From Naegleria gruberi (Eukaryota): a DNA stretch of 64,000 bases. The notes beneath the pieces were generated by a model, which saw nothing but the letters and a program-made list of their open reading frames with translations, searched no databases and had not been told where the DNA came from. Below, piece after piece: positions 1-11,374 of this stretch. The number at the start of each line of letters is the position of its first letter. Position 1 is the stretch's first letter. The stretch is taken from assembly GCA_000004985.1 (NCBI GenBank), contig GG738857.1. The stretch is one strand, 5' to 3'. The position numbers and the translations under genes are program-made.

Positions 1-880
1 TGATATTTAGTTCGGTCAATTGAGTCATTTTTCTTAATAACATAGCACCCCTGAAACCAATGACATTATTAAAGACACTTAAAGCAGTCAATTTATCCAA
101 TTTTCTGATATATTGAACTCCTTCCACTCCGAGTTGATTCGTTCCAATGTCAAGTTTAGTCAATTGTTTCATTTCACTTATATATTTAGCTCCTTGTTTT
201 CCCATTTTATTATTAGCAATATTCAGACTGGTCAACTGATTCAATTCGCTAATAATTTTAGTTCCTTCTAGTCCAATTTGATTGATCTCCAGCTCTGTTA
301 ATTGTTTCAGTTGACTAATTGCTTTAGCTCCTTCAATTCCAATTCTATTCCAAGATATTACAAGTCTAGTCAATTGTTGCAGTTGATCAATAAATGTAAC
401 CAATGTAGATGCACCTTGGCCTTTTCCAATAGAACATCCAGTAACATCAAGATCAGTCAACTGTCTCATATTACAAATTGATTTAATGTCCTCTTCATCC
501 ATTCCAATGTATGCAATGGAAAGAGTTTTCAATTTTTTCATATTCATTAGAATACTGCACCATGGTTTAATTTTCATATTGTGAAACTCTACTTGTTCGA
601 AACAGTTTAGAAATTGACTTTGGATTCGGTTGACCATTTTACTGTCAATTGAAAGTGAAAATTTTGATCGTTCTTGGATGACTTTTAGGAATTGTTTGGA
701 TACGAGAGCACAGTTTCTAATAAGAAATTTGGGATTATCGGAAAGAAAGGAAAATATTTCGAAACAAGCATCATCCGAAAATATTTCTAATAATTTTTTT
801 TAAATATTCACTATCTGAAACAAACCTTCTGAATTTACAAATTCCATTTTGTCGAAAGGTTTCGTCTTGTTTAGTTCCAT
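1..880 (-). CDS. F-box / RNI-type leucine-rich-repeat protein, 3' part of the gene runs off the window (partial). Proposed structure complement(join(<1..786,826..880)) with a 39-nt GTTTGT..TAG intron; alternative start Met at 847.
   Basis: Minus-strand translation gives an N-terminal F-box-like segment (FSDDACFEIFSFLSDNPKFLIRNCALVSKQFLKVI) followed by about six 28-residue RNI-like LRRs (LTxLxIxxNxIGxEGAKxIS). The frame is open to position 1. The upstream ATG exon joins in phase across the short intron. Confidence 0.5.
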
Positions 881-1003
881 TTTTTTAAATTTTTTTTACC
901 AATTAATTAAATTAACAAAGAAATTGTAAACAGATTATGATATTTATTGAAAATGGTTGTAATCAATTTTAACAAGTTAAACTGTCAATAATCACAAAAA
1001 AAA

Positions 1004-2422
1004 ATGTCATCACATCAACTGCCACACATCATCTCACTGTTCTCGATTATAATCCTCATCATATCTTCAATCCACTGCGAACAATTCGTCTTGGGTGGCT
1101 CATTCACCATGAAATCCAGAACATCAGACTCATCTGTCACCAATCACTTTATTAAAAATCTTGCACTGTACAATACAAAAAACAATGAACTGTCAGCATT
1201 TTATAATATCCCACCTGATGGCCCCATTAACGTAATTTATTATGAACCTCGTTGTGATATGATGTTTATCGGAGGAAAATTCACAACCATTGATGGAGTG
1301 AAAAGTGGACCCATTGCTGTGAAATTATTGGCGAGTAGTGGAGGAAACACAACTCAAAATCAGTGGCAATCGTTGGGTGTATTTGATAGAGATATATGTA
1401 TGGGGGAATGGTCGGATGGAGCTGAGATTATGGATATTGAATTGTACTTTTCAAATTTTGTAAAAAGTTGTCAACCAAGTATTGTAATGGTTGGTAAATT
1501 TACAAAGGCAGCTGGTATTAGAAATTTGAATAATATTGTCATGTTGGATACGAAGAGTTTGAAATGGGAAGTGTATGCTGGAGGAAATAATTTGAATGGA
1601 TCTTCGTTTAATGGAATTAGGGCAAATTCATTGAGAGCTGCTCTGTATCATGATGATTCGTATTTGTACGTTGGAGGTGATTTTGATGGATATTTCAAAA
1701 GATATAAGGATCAGAAATGGGAAACTCTTCTTCAGGGACAATTGGATGGTCCAGTAACTACCATTTCAATTCAGAATAATCATATTTATGAGGATATCAT
1801 TGTTGTGGGAGGTCAATTCACAGTTCCTAAGCAGTACATGTTTCTATTCAAGCCATCGAAGAGTGTTAATTATGTGAGACATTTTAAAAAACCAACCAAA
1901 TTGATTGCACCATCAGTTGAATTCCTAACTGCCAATCAGACAAGTAGGAGAGGTGTGAAACAACTTGTGGTGAGTGGAGATCAATTGTTTGCAGGTGGTG
2001 CTTTTTCACATGAATCTGCAACCAATGGAATTTACAATAATTATCTGAGTTTAACTATTGAGGGATATGTAGCAGCCTCTTCTGAAACTTTGAACACTGT
2101 CTTTGAGAATAGTACAGTGTCGTCAATGGGCAAGTGTAAACCTCCATATAGATCTTGTAAGAGAGGATCTGTGGCTATCATCAAGAGGGATTTTATTTAT
2201 TATCCTGAAGAGAAGGGATATTATTATGATCCAGATCTGACATTATGCATTCATAGATCAGTGAATGATATTGACCAATTTAAACTTGCTATTGAAGGTG
2301 AGGAAGATACTGTGAATGATGTCATGTTCTTACCTTATGCTGCATCGAATTGGATTCAATCATCCTTACTGCTAACAGTTTTTTGTTTAATGAATGCATT
2401 GACATTTATTTATACTATATAA
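1004..2422 (+). CDS. Secreted, possibly GPI-anchored Kelch-type beta-propeller protein
   Basis: 472-aa ORF with an N-terminal signal peptide (IISLFSIIILIISSIHC). It has repeated GG-F blade motifs (FIGGKFTTIDG, YVGGDFDGY, VVGGQFTV, FAGGAFS) and a C-terminal hydrophobic tail after a small-residue stretch, which reads as a GPI-signal. Confidence 0.5.
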   Translation: MSSHQLPHIISLFSIIILIISSIHCEQFVLGGSFTMKSRTSDSSVTNHFIKNLALYNTKNNELSAFYNIPPDGPINVIYYEPRCDMMFIGGKFTTIDGVKSGPIAVKLLASSGGNTTQNQWQSLGVFDRDICMGEWSDGAEIMDIELYFSNFVKSCQPSIVMVGKFTKAAGIRNLNNIVMLDTKSLKWEVYAGGNNLNGSSFNGIRANSLRAALYHDDSYLYVGGDFDGYFKRYKDQKWETLLQGQLDGPVTTISIQNNHIYEDIIVVGGQFTVPKQYMFLFKPSKSVNYVRHFKKPTKLIAPSVEFLTANQTSRRGVKQLVVSGDQLFAGGAFSHESATNGIYNNYLSLTIEGYVAASSETLNTVFENSTVSSMGKCKPPYRSCKRGSVAIIKRDFIYYPEEKGYYYDPDLTLCIHRSVNDIDQFKLAIEGEEDTVNDVMFLPYAASNWIQSSLLLTVFCLMNALTFIYTI

Positions 2423-5400
2423 ACAACATTGGCTTCTTCCAATAATTGTTGTTGAAGAGTGTGAGCCTTATTGAATACTGTATATTCAGAGGTAAAGACA
2501 AATCTAGAGAAGGTATCACCAAGATTGATGAGAATTTGTCGATTCAAGTTTTCAAATGTTTCCTTCACAACCTTTTCTTCAATTTCTATAACTGGAACAG
2601 GAGCATTCTTTGTGGCAACCTTGATATCTTGATCAACAGCTTCAATATCCACAGAGAATAATTCATAAGATTCATTCTTTTTGATAATGCTCTTGTAGAG
2701 GAAGAGGAATGCATTTCTACATTTGGATGGAATATTGACTTCTGTTGGTGCATTCGTCTTGATATAATTGTTATAAATATACTTGGAGAACTTTGGAAGC
2801 CTTTCCAAGTCATTACTATCCAAGAATGATTTGTTTGTTTTGATATCAGTAAAAAGATAAATATTCTCCAATGAGAACTCCTTTTCACAGAAAACTTCAA
2901 AGAGTCCATAACCTTCCTCATTATCCAAAACGACGCTCATATCCTTGTTGATAATTTCATCATTGGATGATTGTCTATTTTCTGGCTCGCTAGCTCTTTC
3001 CGTGTTTCTGACCTTTCCTTTGATCTTGTAGTTTGCCAATACCAACAGAGCATAACCACCAAATGTTAACATGTAGGTGAACACGTACAAAACTTCAAAG
3101 ATGAATGAAACCATATCTGTAACGAGGGCTTTTTGGAACATTTCTTCAGATTGGAATCTGAATGATAAACTACTAAGACCAAGTACTTGATTGAAGAAGA
3201 GGAAAATAAAGCACAAAATGTAGAGCATCATTTCCATTCTGAAATAAAGAGGACCGTCCAATGAAATAAACCATGTATAGAGTTTCTTGAATGGATTTGT
3301 GTAATTTTTCTTAAAGTTAATGGTATTAACATCAAACTCAGATGTTGGCTCCTTACGTTTGCTTGATGCTCTTGCTACTCTTTCCTTTTCTTGTTTATGA
3401 GATCCTACAAAGTCAAATATGGTAACCAGAATAATCATTACACTAAATACAAATACTGTGGTTGTGTAGGAAATAGAAACAATGTAGGTGTAAGCTGCTG
3501 AGCTAATGGCTCCAGTTCTAACTAGGATGACCCATAATGTCCAATAGAGCAAATTGATGCCAGCAAAAACGCAAACAATGGTTACAAATAAAGCAGTAGA
3601 GGTGGTGTAACGAAGCATTTTGAATATTCTTTCGCTCTTCTTTTCGTCTCCTCTTGTCTTGGCAATTAATTGATACAAATATTTCATAAATTGGAATCTG
3701 AATACTTGTAATACATATGAAAGAATAGCCGTCAAATTGAGTGTGTTGACAAGAATAGCAACAATATTAGCAATCACATTAGCAGCTGTATCACCAGCTT
3801 CCCACATTTGAGAATTACCAGAGTAGAGTTGAGATACTAGAACACTTCTTTGGATGATATAAACCAAAACACTTTCAATGATCAAAGCAATCATACCCAA
3901 GTATGGAGTTCCCAAACGAGAGGAAATTGGTTGCTCCTTTCTAAAGATAATTAATAATGTTAGGATGATAGTAGACATTACAAAGTAAAAGATACCGAAT
4001 GCAATTTGAGCACTATACAATCCAGTTACTACCTGCTTAACAATTGGTGTCATCTCTATTGTTTTTTGTTCCAAGAATGTGGAGAACATTGTGGTGTGAG
4101 TACAGGCACAATCAATCATTTGAGTAGCAGGATTATAGCCCACCAATGTACATCCGTCTGTGCTCCAAGCTCCACTACGTTCGTCATAATATCTACATGC
4201 AAAGGTTGATGTATTGGAAGAATAATTGGAAACAGTAGACAAATCCAAGTTCAATTTGAAGGAGAGAATGATTGGAGTTGTCAAGTTAGCCAATGGTAAA
4301 ACGCTTCCCTCTTGTAAGAACTTGAAGTCATTAGCAATAGATGTGGAAGGAGTACTTTCAGTAAAGTTATTGGAGAATGGAAGATTTTGATAGGAAATTA
4401 AAGATGTACCAGCACTCTTTGAGAAACCATCATATTTGGCCAAGATACTGGATATGTCCATTCCAATAGAACTGTCTCCTGATGAGAGAGTTTGATTGCC
4501 TGATGTTGGTCCACTCAATTTGAAGCTAGAAATTGTAATATTGATGAGAGGAGTACTGATTGTTACGGCAGGAAGTTCAGAGGATGATGAGTCCAATACT
4601 GTTGGAACTTGAGAGAGTAAGACAAGTGCGGCCATCTTACTGGTAACCTCTGTCGTTTTATCAGCACCAACACCAGATTGCAGTAAGTTGCCTGAAATTT
4701 CAATTGCTGATTTAACATCATCTTGTGAAATTTTGGATCTAACGTATCCGTACTGCTCAATTTCCTTCTTGTATAAATCTGTAAGAGAATCAGCGAAACT
4801 ACTCATCTTGGTTGTTACTTGGTCAACTACCTTGTCATTAACCGAGTCAGAGGAAGAAGTTAAGGCTTGGAAACTTGACAAAGCAGTAGCAGGATTAGTT
4901 GGATCTATCTTAATGTTTTGGACAATTTGTGAAACCAAATCAGCGTTACCACCACTTCCAGAGGAAGCAACCAAATACGATTGATCGTATGAGGCCACTG
5001 TTACAGCCACTCCTGTTAATTCACCAATTCTAGATGATAATTGAGAAGATGTTCCATTAAATGCAGTTACATTTACAGAAAGAGTCTCAAGTAAATCACT
5101 ATTTCCAAGAGAATCTTTTACATAAACAAGTAATCCAAGAGATCCCACTGTTACTTTCTTGTCTGTACTAATATACGGCAAGTAGGTAGAAATTGTCAGA
5201 TTTGCAGAATACTCAGTCAATCTAATTTGTTTCAAAGAGGTTGGATCAGTAAACCCGATAGCATATTGCAAAGGTTGTAATTGCTCAGCTGCAGCCCACT
5301 GATTAAAGGTAATTGTGAAATAATCAGTGAGTGCATATCCTGATGTTCTATCCAAAGTTACCAAATCACCTTCTGGGGCAGAAGCAGCAGAAATAATTGG

Positions 5401-8400
5401 GATAGTTACAGAACCAGTCATATTCTTGTTAGCAGAATTGAAAATTGCTAAAGAAATAACAACATAAGAACTGCCTGAAATATAGTTGGTTGTACTCAAT
5501 GTAATTGCTGGGGTAAACAATAAGGAATTACCTTGACGTGTATAACCAGTAATAAGACCAGTTGATTTGAAAATATTAGTGAGAGTACTCTTGACCATCA
5601 TTGATACACTCCAAGAGAAAGTCAAGGAAGAAGAACAATTTCCTTCACATCCCAAGAATGATTGAACAATTGATTGATTCAATGCCACTTTAGAAACAAC
5701 AGCCTCAATAGCTTTTCCAGCAGCAAGTTGTTTTCCTACATAAACTGAAGGCAAACCAAAAATGTCCAATGAAGGAACATTTACATCAACAACCGGTACT
5801 ACCAAGACAGTCATATTAAATTTGACAGTGTTGGATACACGACTAGCAAAACCTTTTGGATTAGTATAGAAAACATTAGCCGAGAAAATGTACAAAGCAG
5901 GAGCCTTGAGTTCTGATGGATTAACCATAAGTATTCTATCATTAGTTTGGTTAAATGGAGTTGAAGTGTTTGTATTACCTTGGCAATTTTCACAAATCCA
6001 TTGGTAAACCAGATTGGAGCTGGCGAGAGAGGAAAATTCGTCTGATATTATTTCCAATGAAACAGAAGTAACATTTTGATAGTAAACTCCTGATGATTTT
6101 TTCAAAGAAATAACTAATGGATTGAGGTTGACGCTACAATCGGTAGAAGAGTATCCAGATTGACAGCTACATTCGTTATAAGAAATACAAGTACCCTTAG
6201 ATGAACAAACGTTGCTGGAATTAGATGAAACTGAGTTGCAAGTAGTGAGCTCGCATTTAGTTCCGAAATAGTTTGCATTACATGAACAGATATCATTACC
6301 AGTACATGTTCCCTTTCCATTACAAACAGAGGTGTTGTTAGAATTGATACCAAAACATTTTGTTACTGAACAAGATGGTCCAAACCAATTAGCTGTACAA
6401 TTACAGGTATTGTAGTCCAAACATTTACCATTTCCAGAACAGACTGTGGAGTTCAAATAATTGATTCCATAACAATTGAATTGTGAACATGTGGATCCGT
6501 AATAATTCTTTGAACAATTACAGTTGTTTGGAGAAACACATGAGCCCAATCCGCTACAAACATTGGATGAATTGAATTGAATATCATGGCAAGAGTAACT
6601 TTCACAGTTTGATCCATTGAAACCTGATTTACAGCTACAAATATTTGGCGCAATACAGGAACCATTGCTTGAACAAGCCAAAGAGGAATTAAAGTTGTAT
6701 CCAAAACATGAGAAGCTTTCACAATTAGATCCAGAATATCTTGAGGTACAGTTACATTTGTTTGGTTGAGTGCACGAGCCTCTTCCAGAACAAACATTCT
6801 TATCAGAATAGACGACTGAGTTACAATAATAAGTACCACAGTTTGATCCAGAGTATCCTGCAATGCAAGAACAATTATTTGGTGAAATACAACTTCCTTT
6901 TCCAGAACAAGCTAATGGATCAGAATAATCAAAACCAGAACATTGGTAAGTTTGACAATTGGTGCCATTATATCCAGAGAAACAAGTACAGTTGTTTGGA
7001 GAAGAACATACTCCAAAACCAGAACAAACTGAGGAACTATTCTTTGAAATATTAGAACAATTGTAATTTTCGCATTGTTGTCCATAGTATCCTGAATTAC
7101 ATGAGCAAATATCAGCTCCATTGCATTTACCATTACCAGAACAGACCTTAGAATCATTTGATAACAATCCATAGCATTGGAATTTTTCACAATTATTTCC
7201 ACCATATCCTGCAATGCAAGAACAATTATTTGGTGAAATACAACTTCCTTTTCCAGAACAAACTAATGGATCAGAATAATCAAAACCAGAACATTGATAA
7301 GTTTGACAATTGGTGCCATTGTATCCAGAGAAACAAGTGCAGTTGTTTGGAGAAGAACATACTCCAAAACCAGAACAAACTGAGGAACTATTCTTTGAAA
7401 TATTAGAACAATTGAAATTTTCGCATTGTTGTCCATAGTATCCTGAATTACATGAGCAAATCTCAGCACCATTGCATTTACCATTACCAGAACAAACCTT
7501 AGAATCGTTTGATAACAAACCAAAACATTGGAATTTGTCACAATCATCACCACCATATCCTACAATGCAAGAACAATTATTTGGTGAAACACAGCTTCCT
7601 TTTTCAGAACAAACTCCTGAATTGTTATAGAGTTTTCCATTACAATCATAATTTTCACACATGTTACCATAATAACCTGATTTACATGTGCAAACATTTG
7701 ATGAGGAGCAAACACCATTTCCAGAACATACACCAGTATTATTGTTGAACGTTCCATAACAGTAATAAGTCTGACAACTTTCTCCAGAGTATCCATTTTG
7801 ACAGGAACAATTATTTGGTTTAACACAAGCTCCCTTTCCTGAACATACAGATGAATCATTGTAATAAACGTTGTAACAATTATAATCAGAANNNNNNNNN
7901 NNNNNNNNNNNNNNNNNNNNNNNNNNNNNNNNNNNNNNNNNNNNNNNNNNNNNNNNNNNNNNNNNNNNNNNNNNNNNNNNNNNNNNNNNNNNNNNNNNNN
8001 NNNNNNNNNNNNNNNNNNNNNNNNNNNNNNNNNNNNNNNNNNTGTTATTACAATAATAAGTTCACAGTTAGTTCCGTAGTATCCATTGACACAAGTGCAT
8101 ATATTAGGATTGTAACAAGTTCCATGACCTGAGCAAACATATGAAGTGTTAGTATTTGTAATTCCATTACAAGTCCAATATTCACACAAGGATCCAACAT
8201 AATTGGTGTTGCAAGTACAAGTATTTGGACCACTACAAGTACCTCTACCACTACAAACATTATAACTACCAGCAAGAGTACCGCCACATACGAATGTTTG
8301 ACAATTAGCATTGCCATATCCACTGTTACAATTACAACTATTTGGTGAAGTACAGGTACCATGACCTGAACATACTGCGTCACTGGTTGCATTTACATTA

Positions 8401-9041
8401 AAACAAACTGGTGTCTGACAAGTAGAGCCAACATATCCATAATTAGGAGCACTTCCATCAGAATAATCAGTACTCCAACAAACATATCCATCAGAACCAT
8501 ACAAGACTAAATCTCCATTATTTTGAAGAACTAAAGCAAAAGGAGCAGTACCTCCAGTACAAGCTTCTGACAATGTCTTTACAACGTTACCATTGCCATA
8601 AATTGCCAAAGTACCGTTAGTTTCTAATTTCAATTGATATGGAGCTGTTCCCTTCTTATAGGTTCCACTCATCCAACTGGCATAATTGCTGCCAGCACTA
8701 TTATCAAACAATACCAAGTTTCCTGAGGTTTGCATCTGTAAATAGTATTGTCCAAAATAGAGCGAGGAAAAGGTTGCTCCTGCAGTCATGATATTATTCT
8801 GATTTGAAATTAAAGCAGTGGATGTTGTAATATCCAAGCAAGTACATTCATCATCGCCTGTACATAAACCATGTCCAGAACATACACCACTAGTTCCAAT
8901 CTGTGTTGATTCTACTCCTGTACATGTATGTTGAGCATGGCTGGAATGGCTCATACAAATTCCTACAATGATTAGGATAATAAGGTATATACAACTAGTG
9001 CTAGAAAGACGTAACCTAGGGGTTGCTTTCCTATTTGTCAT
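2410..9041 (-). CDS. Giant adhesion-GPCR-like receptor. Domain order (approximate + coordinates): signal peptide (~8.95-9.04 kb), EGF (~8.86-8.99 kb), bulb-type (B-) lectin (~8.43-8.80 kb), long array of about 30 EGF/tenascin-like Cys repeats (6.12-8.42 kb), Ser/Thr-rich heavily N-glycosylatable stalk (4.2-6.1 kb), GPS motif (CRYYDERSGAWSTDGCTLVGYN...CACTHTTMFS, ~4.09-4.21 kb), 7TM (~3.0-4.0 kb), C-terminal RGS domain (~2.64-2.91 kb). Interrupted by a 151-N assembly gap at 7892..8042.
   Basis: One continuous 1750-aa frame runs from 7662 to 2410 and stays open upstream to the gap (EGF repeats continue in frame as ...SGYYGNMCENYDCNG). The 8043..9041 segment encodes an N-terminal signal peptide, an EGF repeat and a B-lectin domain (LVLFDNSAGSNYASW...GDLVLYGSDGYVCWS) and begins with Met at 9041. 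Seven hydrophobic helices follow the GPS. The C-terminal region matches the RGS signature (GLFEVFCEKEFSLENIYLF...YIYNNYIKTNAPTEVNI). The ORF-track frame for 7560..7891 (LIIIVTT...) is an artefact of arbitrary gap length. Confidence 0.7.
6856..7557. repeat. Near-perfect tandem duplication, 2 x 351 bp (6856..7206 and 7207..7557, about 97% identity), inside the EGF-repeat coding region. A third, diverged copy begins at 7558.
   Basis: Direct comparison of the two blocks: both begin tcctgcaatgcaagaacaattatttggtgaaatacaacttcc and differ by only a few substitutions. The protein shows the 117-aa unit ...GYGGDDCDKFQCFGLLSNDSKVCSGNGKCNGAEICSC... twice. Confidence 0.85.
7892..8042. other. Assembly gap (151 N)
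   Basis: Run of n characters. Confidence 1.
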
Positions 9042-9742
9042 TTTGTTGTATAAAGCGTTTCAAAATTTTGGATGACAAGTGAAAGCAAGTGAGTTGTAAC
9101 TTTTTTTCTATTTAGTTTTTACCCAACTTCATATTCTTTGCTTCAGTAAAATGCGCATTTCTGATTCCAGCTGAATTGTCACTAGTCGTTTACAGAGATG
9201 TTAAGAGTGACTTGGGTGAGTGTGGGTGAAGGACCGTAAAGAAATTTCCCGCCAAACAATTCTACAACTGAGATTCAATGTTAATGTCATCACTCATTAA
9301 AAAAGGCATTGTGATTTGGTTATTTTTGATGGAATGAAGGAACTTTAATGTTGGATGACTGAAGAGAGGTGAAATGTCTGTTAAATAAATGTTGTATGAC
9401 TCATTAATAGATATTTTGTTCCGAAATTTGTACTATTGTAGAAAACATATTAGTTTGATGGTTGATGATAATGTTTAACAACAAGGTGTGTATATCAGAT
9501 GCTCATTATGGAAGGTGATAGAGCCAAATAATTTTCTTCCTTGTAAATTATTATTTAATAAAACATATGCTGCTAATTAGCGAAGAGAGGAATTTCCGAG
9601 AGATGCCATCCTGATGGTTTCATCCTTTCACATTTTAATCATTTTTATTTTAAAAGTAATTTTATTTAACATTCCTTCCAAGCGGGAAACTACAGCCACG
9701 TTTCGGATCAAAACGTTTCTCTATTTACAAAAATTCAAAAAA

Positions 9743-10693
9743 ATGTTGGTAACCAACCAAAGCCAAACACTGAAAGAAGAGCTAAACACCATTACTACGC
9801 TCTTTGAGCAACTTCATGCCAAAGCAAATGAAAAAATAGCTCTCTTGGAGAAGAAAGAGAAAGAGTGGAAGATCAGACAAGATCAAATCGAAGAAAATAT
9901 CAAAAAGTGTCCTGATAAAGTAATTTTGAACATTGGAGGAAAAACCTTTGCATCAACCAAAGACACTCTTCTCAGCAAGAAGGATTCCTTTTTCTATGCC
10001 ATGTTGTCGAGTGGTAATTGGTTACCAGATCAAGATGGAACTTATTTCATTGATCGAGATCCAAAATATTTCCGATACTTGTTGAATTACTTGAGAACTG
10101 GAGAACGTCCAGATTTATCTGAATTATCAAAGGTTAAATTGAAGGAATTGCAAAAGGAGGCAAACTTCTATTGTCTTGATGATATGTTCGGAAATGACTC
10201 ATCACTTGAAATATTGGCTATGCCCTCTGTCAAGTCCACAATAATATCACAAAGGAAAGTTTCTATTGTTGGTGATGATAGCAGTGGTACATACATCAAA
10301 ACCTATAACCTCACAAAGTTGGAGAGTGGAACCTTTAGATGGAAGATCAATATTCATTCATTTACTTCATGGCTTGGTATTGGAGTTGTTATGACTGACA
10401 GGGTGGAAAAGAAGATATTCAATGACTTTGTTACTCCATACAAAGAACACGGATGCTACATGGCAAGTGCAAATTGTTACCTGTGGCAAGCAGCTAACGG
10501 TTATTCTGCTAACAGTTTCCCATTAAAAGCTGGAGACGAGATGATGATGGAATTGTCTTGTGAAAGTCAAGTTCTCACCATCACCAATACTTCCACCAAT
10601 GCTCAACTTACAATTCCTAATGTTAGCCTGCCAGCTTTTCCTTGTATTGTTACGAATGGAAAATTCAGCATTGATTTAGAGTGGGTAGCTTAA
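9743..10693 (+). CDS. BTB/POZ (K-channel-tetramerisation T1 / KCTD-like) domain protein with N-terminal coiled coil. Alternative upstream ATG at 9614.
   Basis: VILNIGGKTFASTKDTLLSKKDSFFYAMLSSGNW...YFIDRDPKYFRYLLNYLRTGE is a canonical BTB/T1 signature. The ATG at 9743 sits in an A-rich context. The 9614-9742 region looks like AT-rich leader. Confidence 0.6.
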   Translation: MLVTNQSQTLKEELNTITTLFEQLHAKANEKIALLEKKEKEWKIRQDQIEENIKKCPDKVILNIGGKTFASTKDTLLSKKDSFFYAMLSSGNWLPDQDGTYFIDRDPKYFRYLLNYLRTGERPDLSELSKVKLKELQKEANFYCLDDMFGNDSSLEILAMPSVKSTIISQRKVSIVGDDSSGTYIKTYNLTKLESGTFRWKINIHSFTSWLGIGVVMTDRVEKKIFNDFVTPYKEHGCYMASANCYLWQAANGYSANSFPLKAGDEMMMELSCESQVLTITNTSTNAQLTIPNVSLPAFPCIVTNGKFSIDLEWVA

Positions 10694-10828
10694 CTTTGCA
10701 TTCACAATATAATGGTGAAGGTTGTTGTTTTTCTTTTTGTGATTTTTAACATCCGTGATGAGCGGCAAAAACTACCGTTACACAATAAAAAAAAATCAAG
10801 CCTTTTCTTATTGGCCACATCAGATTTT

Positions 10829-11020
10829 TTATTGCGCCAAACACATTATTGTACAAGCAAAGGCAATAATTGACAATCCAATGAATAAACCAATGGCAAT
10901 AACTGCTATCAAGATTTCTGAACAAGCCTGATGAAATTCTATTCTTGAATTCTGGTTTGTCAATGCCTTCAAGGGCCTTTTGAATATATCTTTTCTCTTC
11001 ACGGACATCATCATGGCCAC
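10829..11020 (-). CDS. Small (63 aa) tail-anchored membrane protein, hypothetical
   Basis: Basic N-terminus followed by a single C-terminal TM helix (ILIAVIAIGLFIGLSIIAFACTIMCL). No family recognised. Confidence 0.25.
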   Translation of the reverse strand: MAMMMSVKRKDIFKRPLKALTNQNSRIEFHQACSEILIAVIAIGLFIGLSIIAFACTIMCLAQ

Positions 11021-11374
11021 ACATTATTTAATTATTCAAGAAGTTCGGAACAAATCCAGTTCTAATTTCCATGAATATTACCTTTCGAAAAGTGGTGAAG
11101 AATTCTTCTATTCCATGACTACAAAATGTATTCTATTTAATTATTAATTCATTTTGTGTTTACTTGTTCAGATAAAGAGAGCGTGCTTTCCACTTGTGAT
11201 TTTAATGCTTTTGAAGAGAAAAATTCTCGTTTAATATTCATCTGGCCATTAAGAAGGTTTAAAATACAATTTTGGAAGTCAACCGTCTACGTGATGACAT
11301 GTTTGTAATGTCAAATGGTGAATTACCTTCTCACAAGAGAGAAAGAAAAAAAACAAACGAAACCCTTCAAAATA

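Noticed and set aside
6114-7556. Multiple 60-136-aa ORFs in alternative frames or on the opposite strand inside the EGF-repeat gene, and similar small ORFs inside other long CDSs throughout
   Set aside because: They are embedded in a long, clearly coding frame. They arise from the repetitive Cys/Gly/Asn codon composition and AT-richness, so they are artefacts.
7560-7891. ORF-track minus-strand frame 7560..9041 continuing through the gap (LIIIVTTFITMIHLYVQ...)
   Set aside because: Downstream of the 151-N gap the true coding frame is that of ORF 2410..7662 (EGF repeats continue in frame to 7891). The other frame is open only by chance and translates to non-protein-like sequence. The gap length is arbitrary, so the frames need not match.
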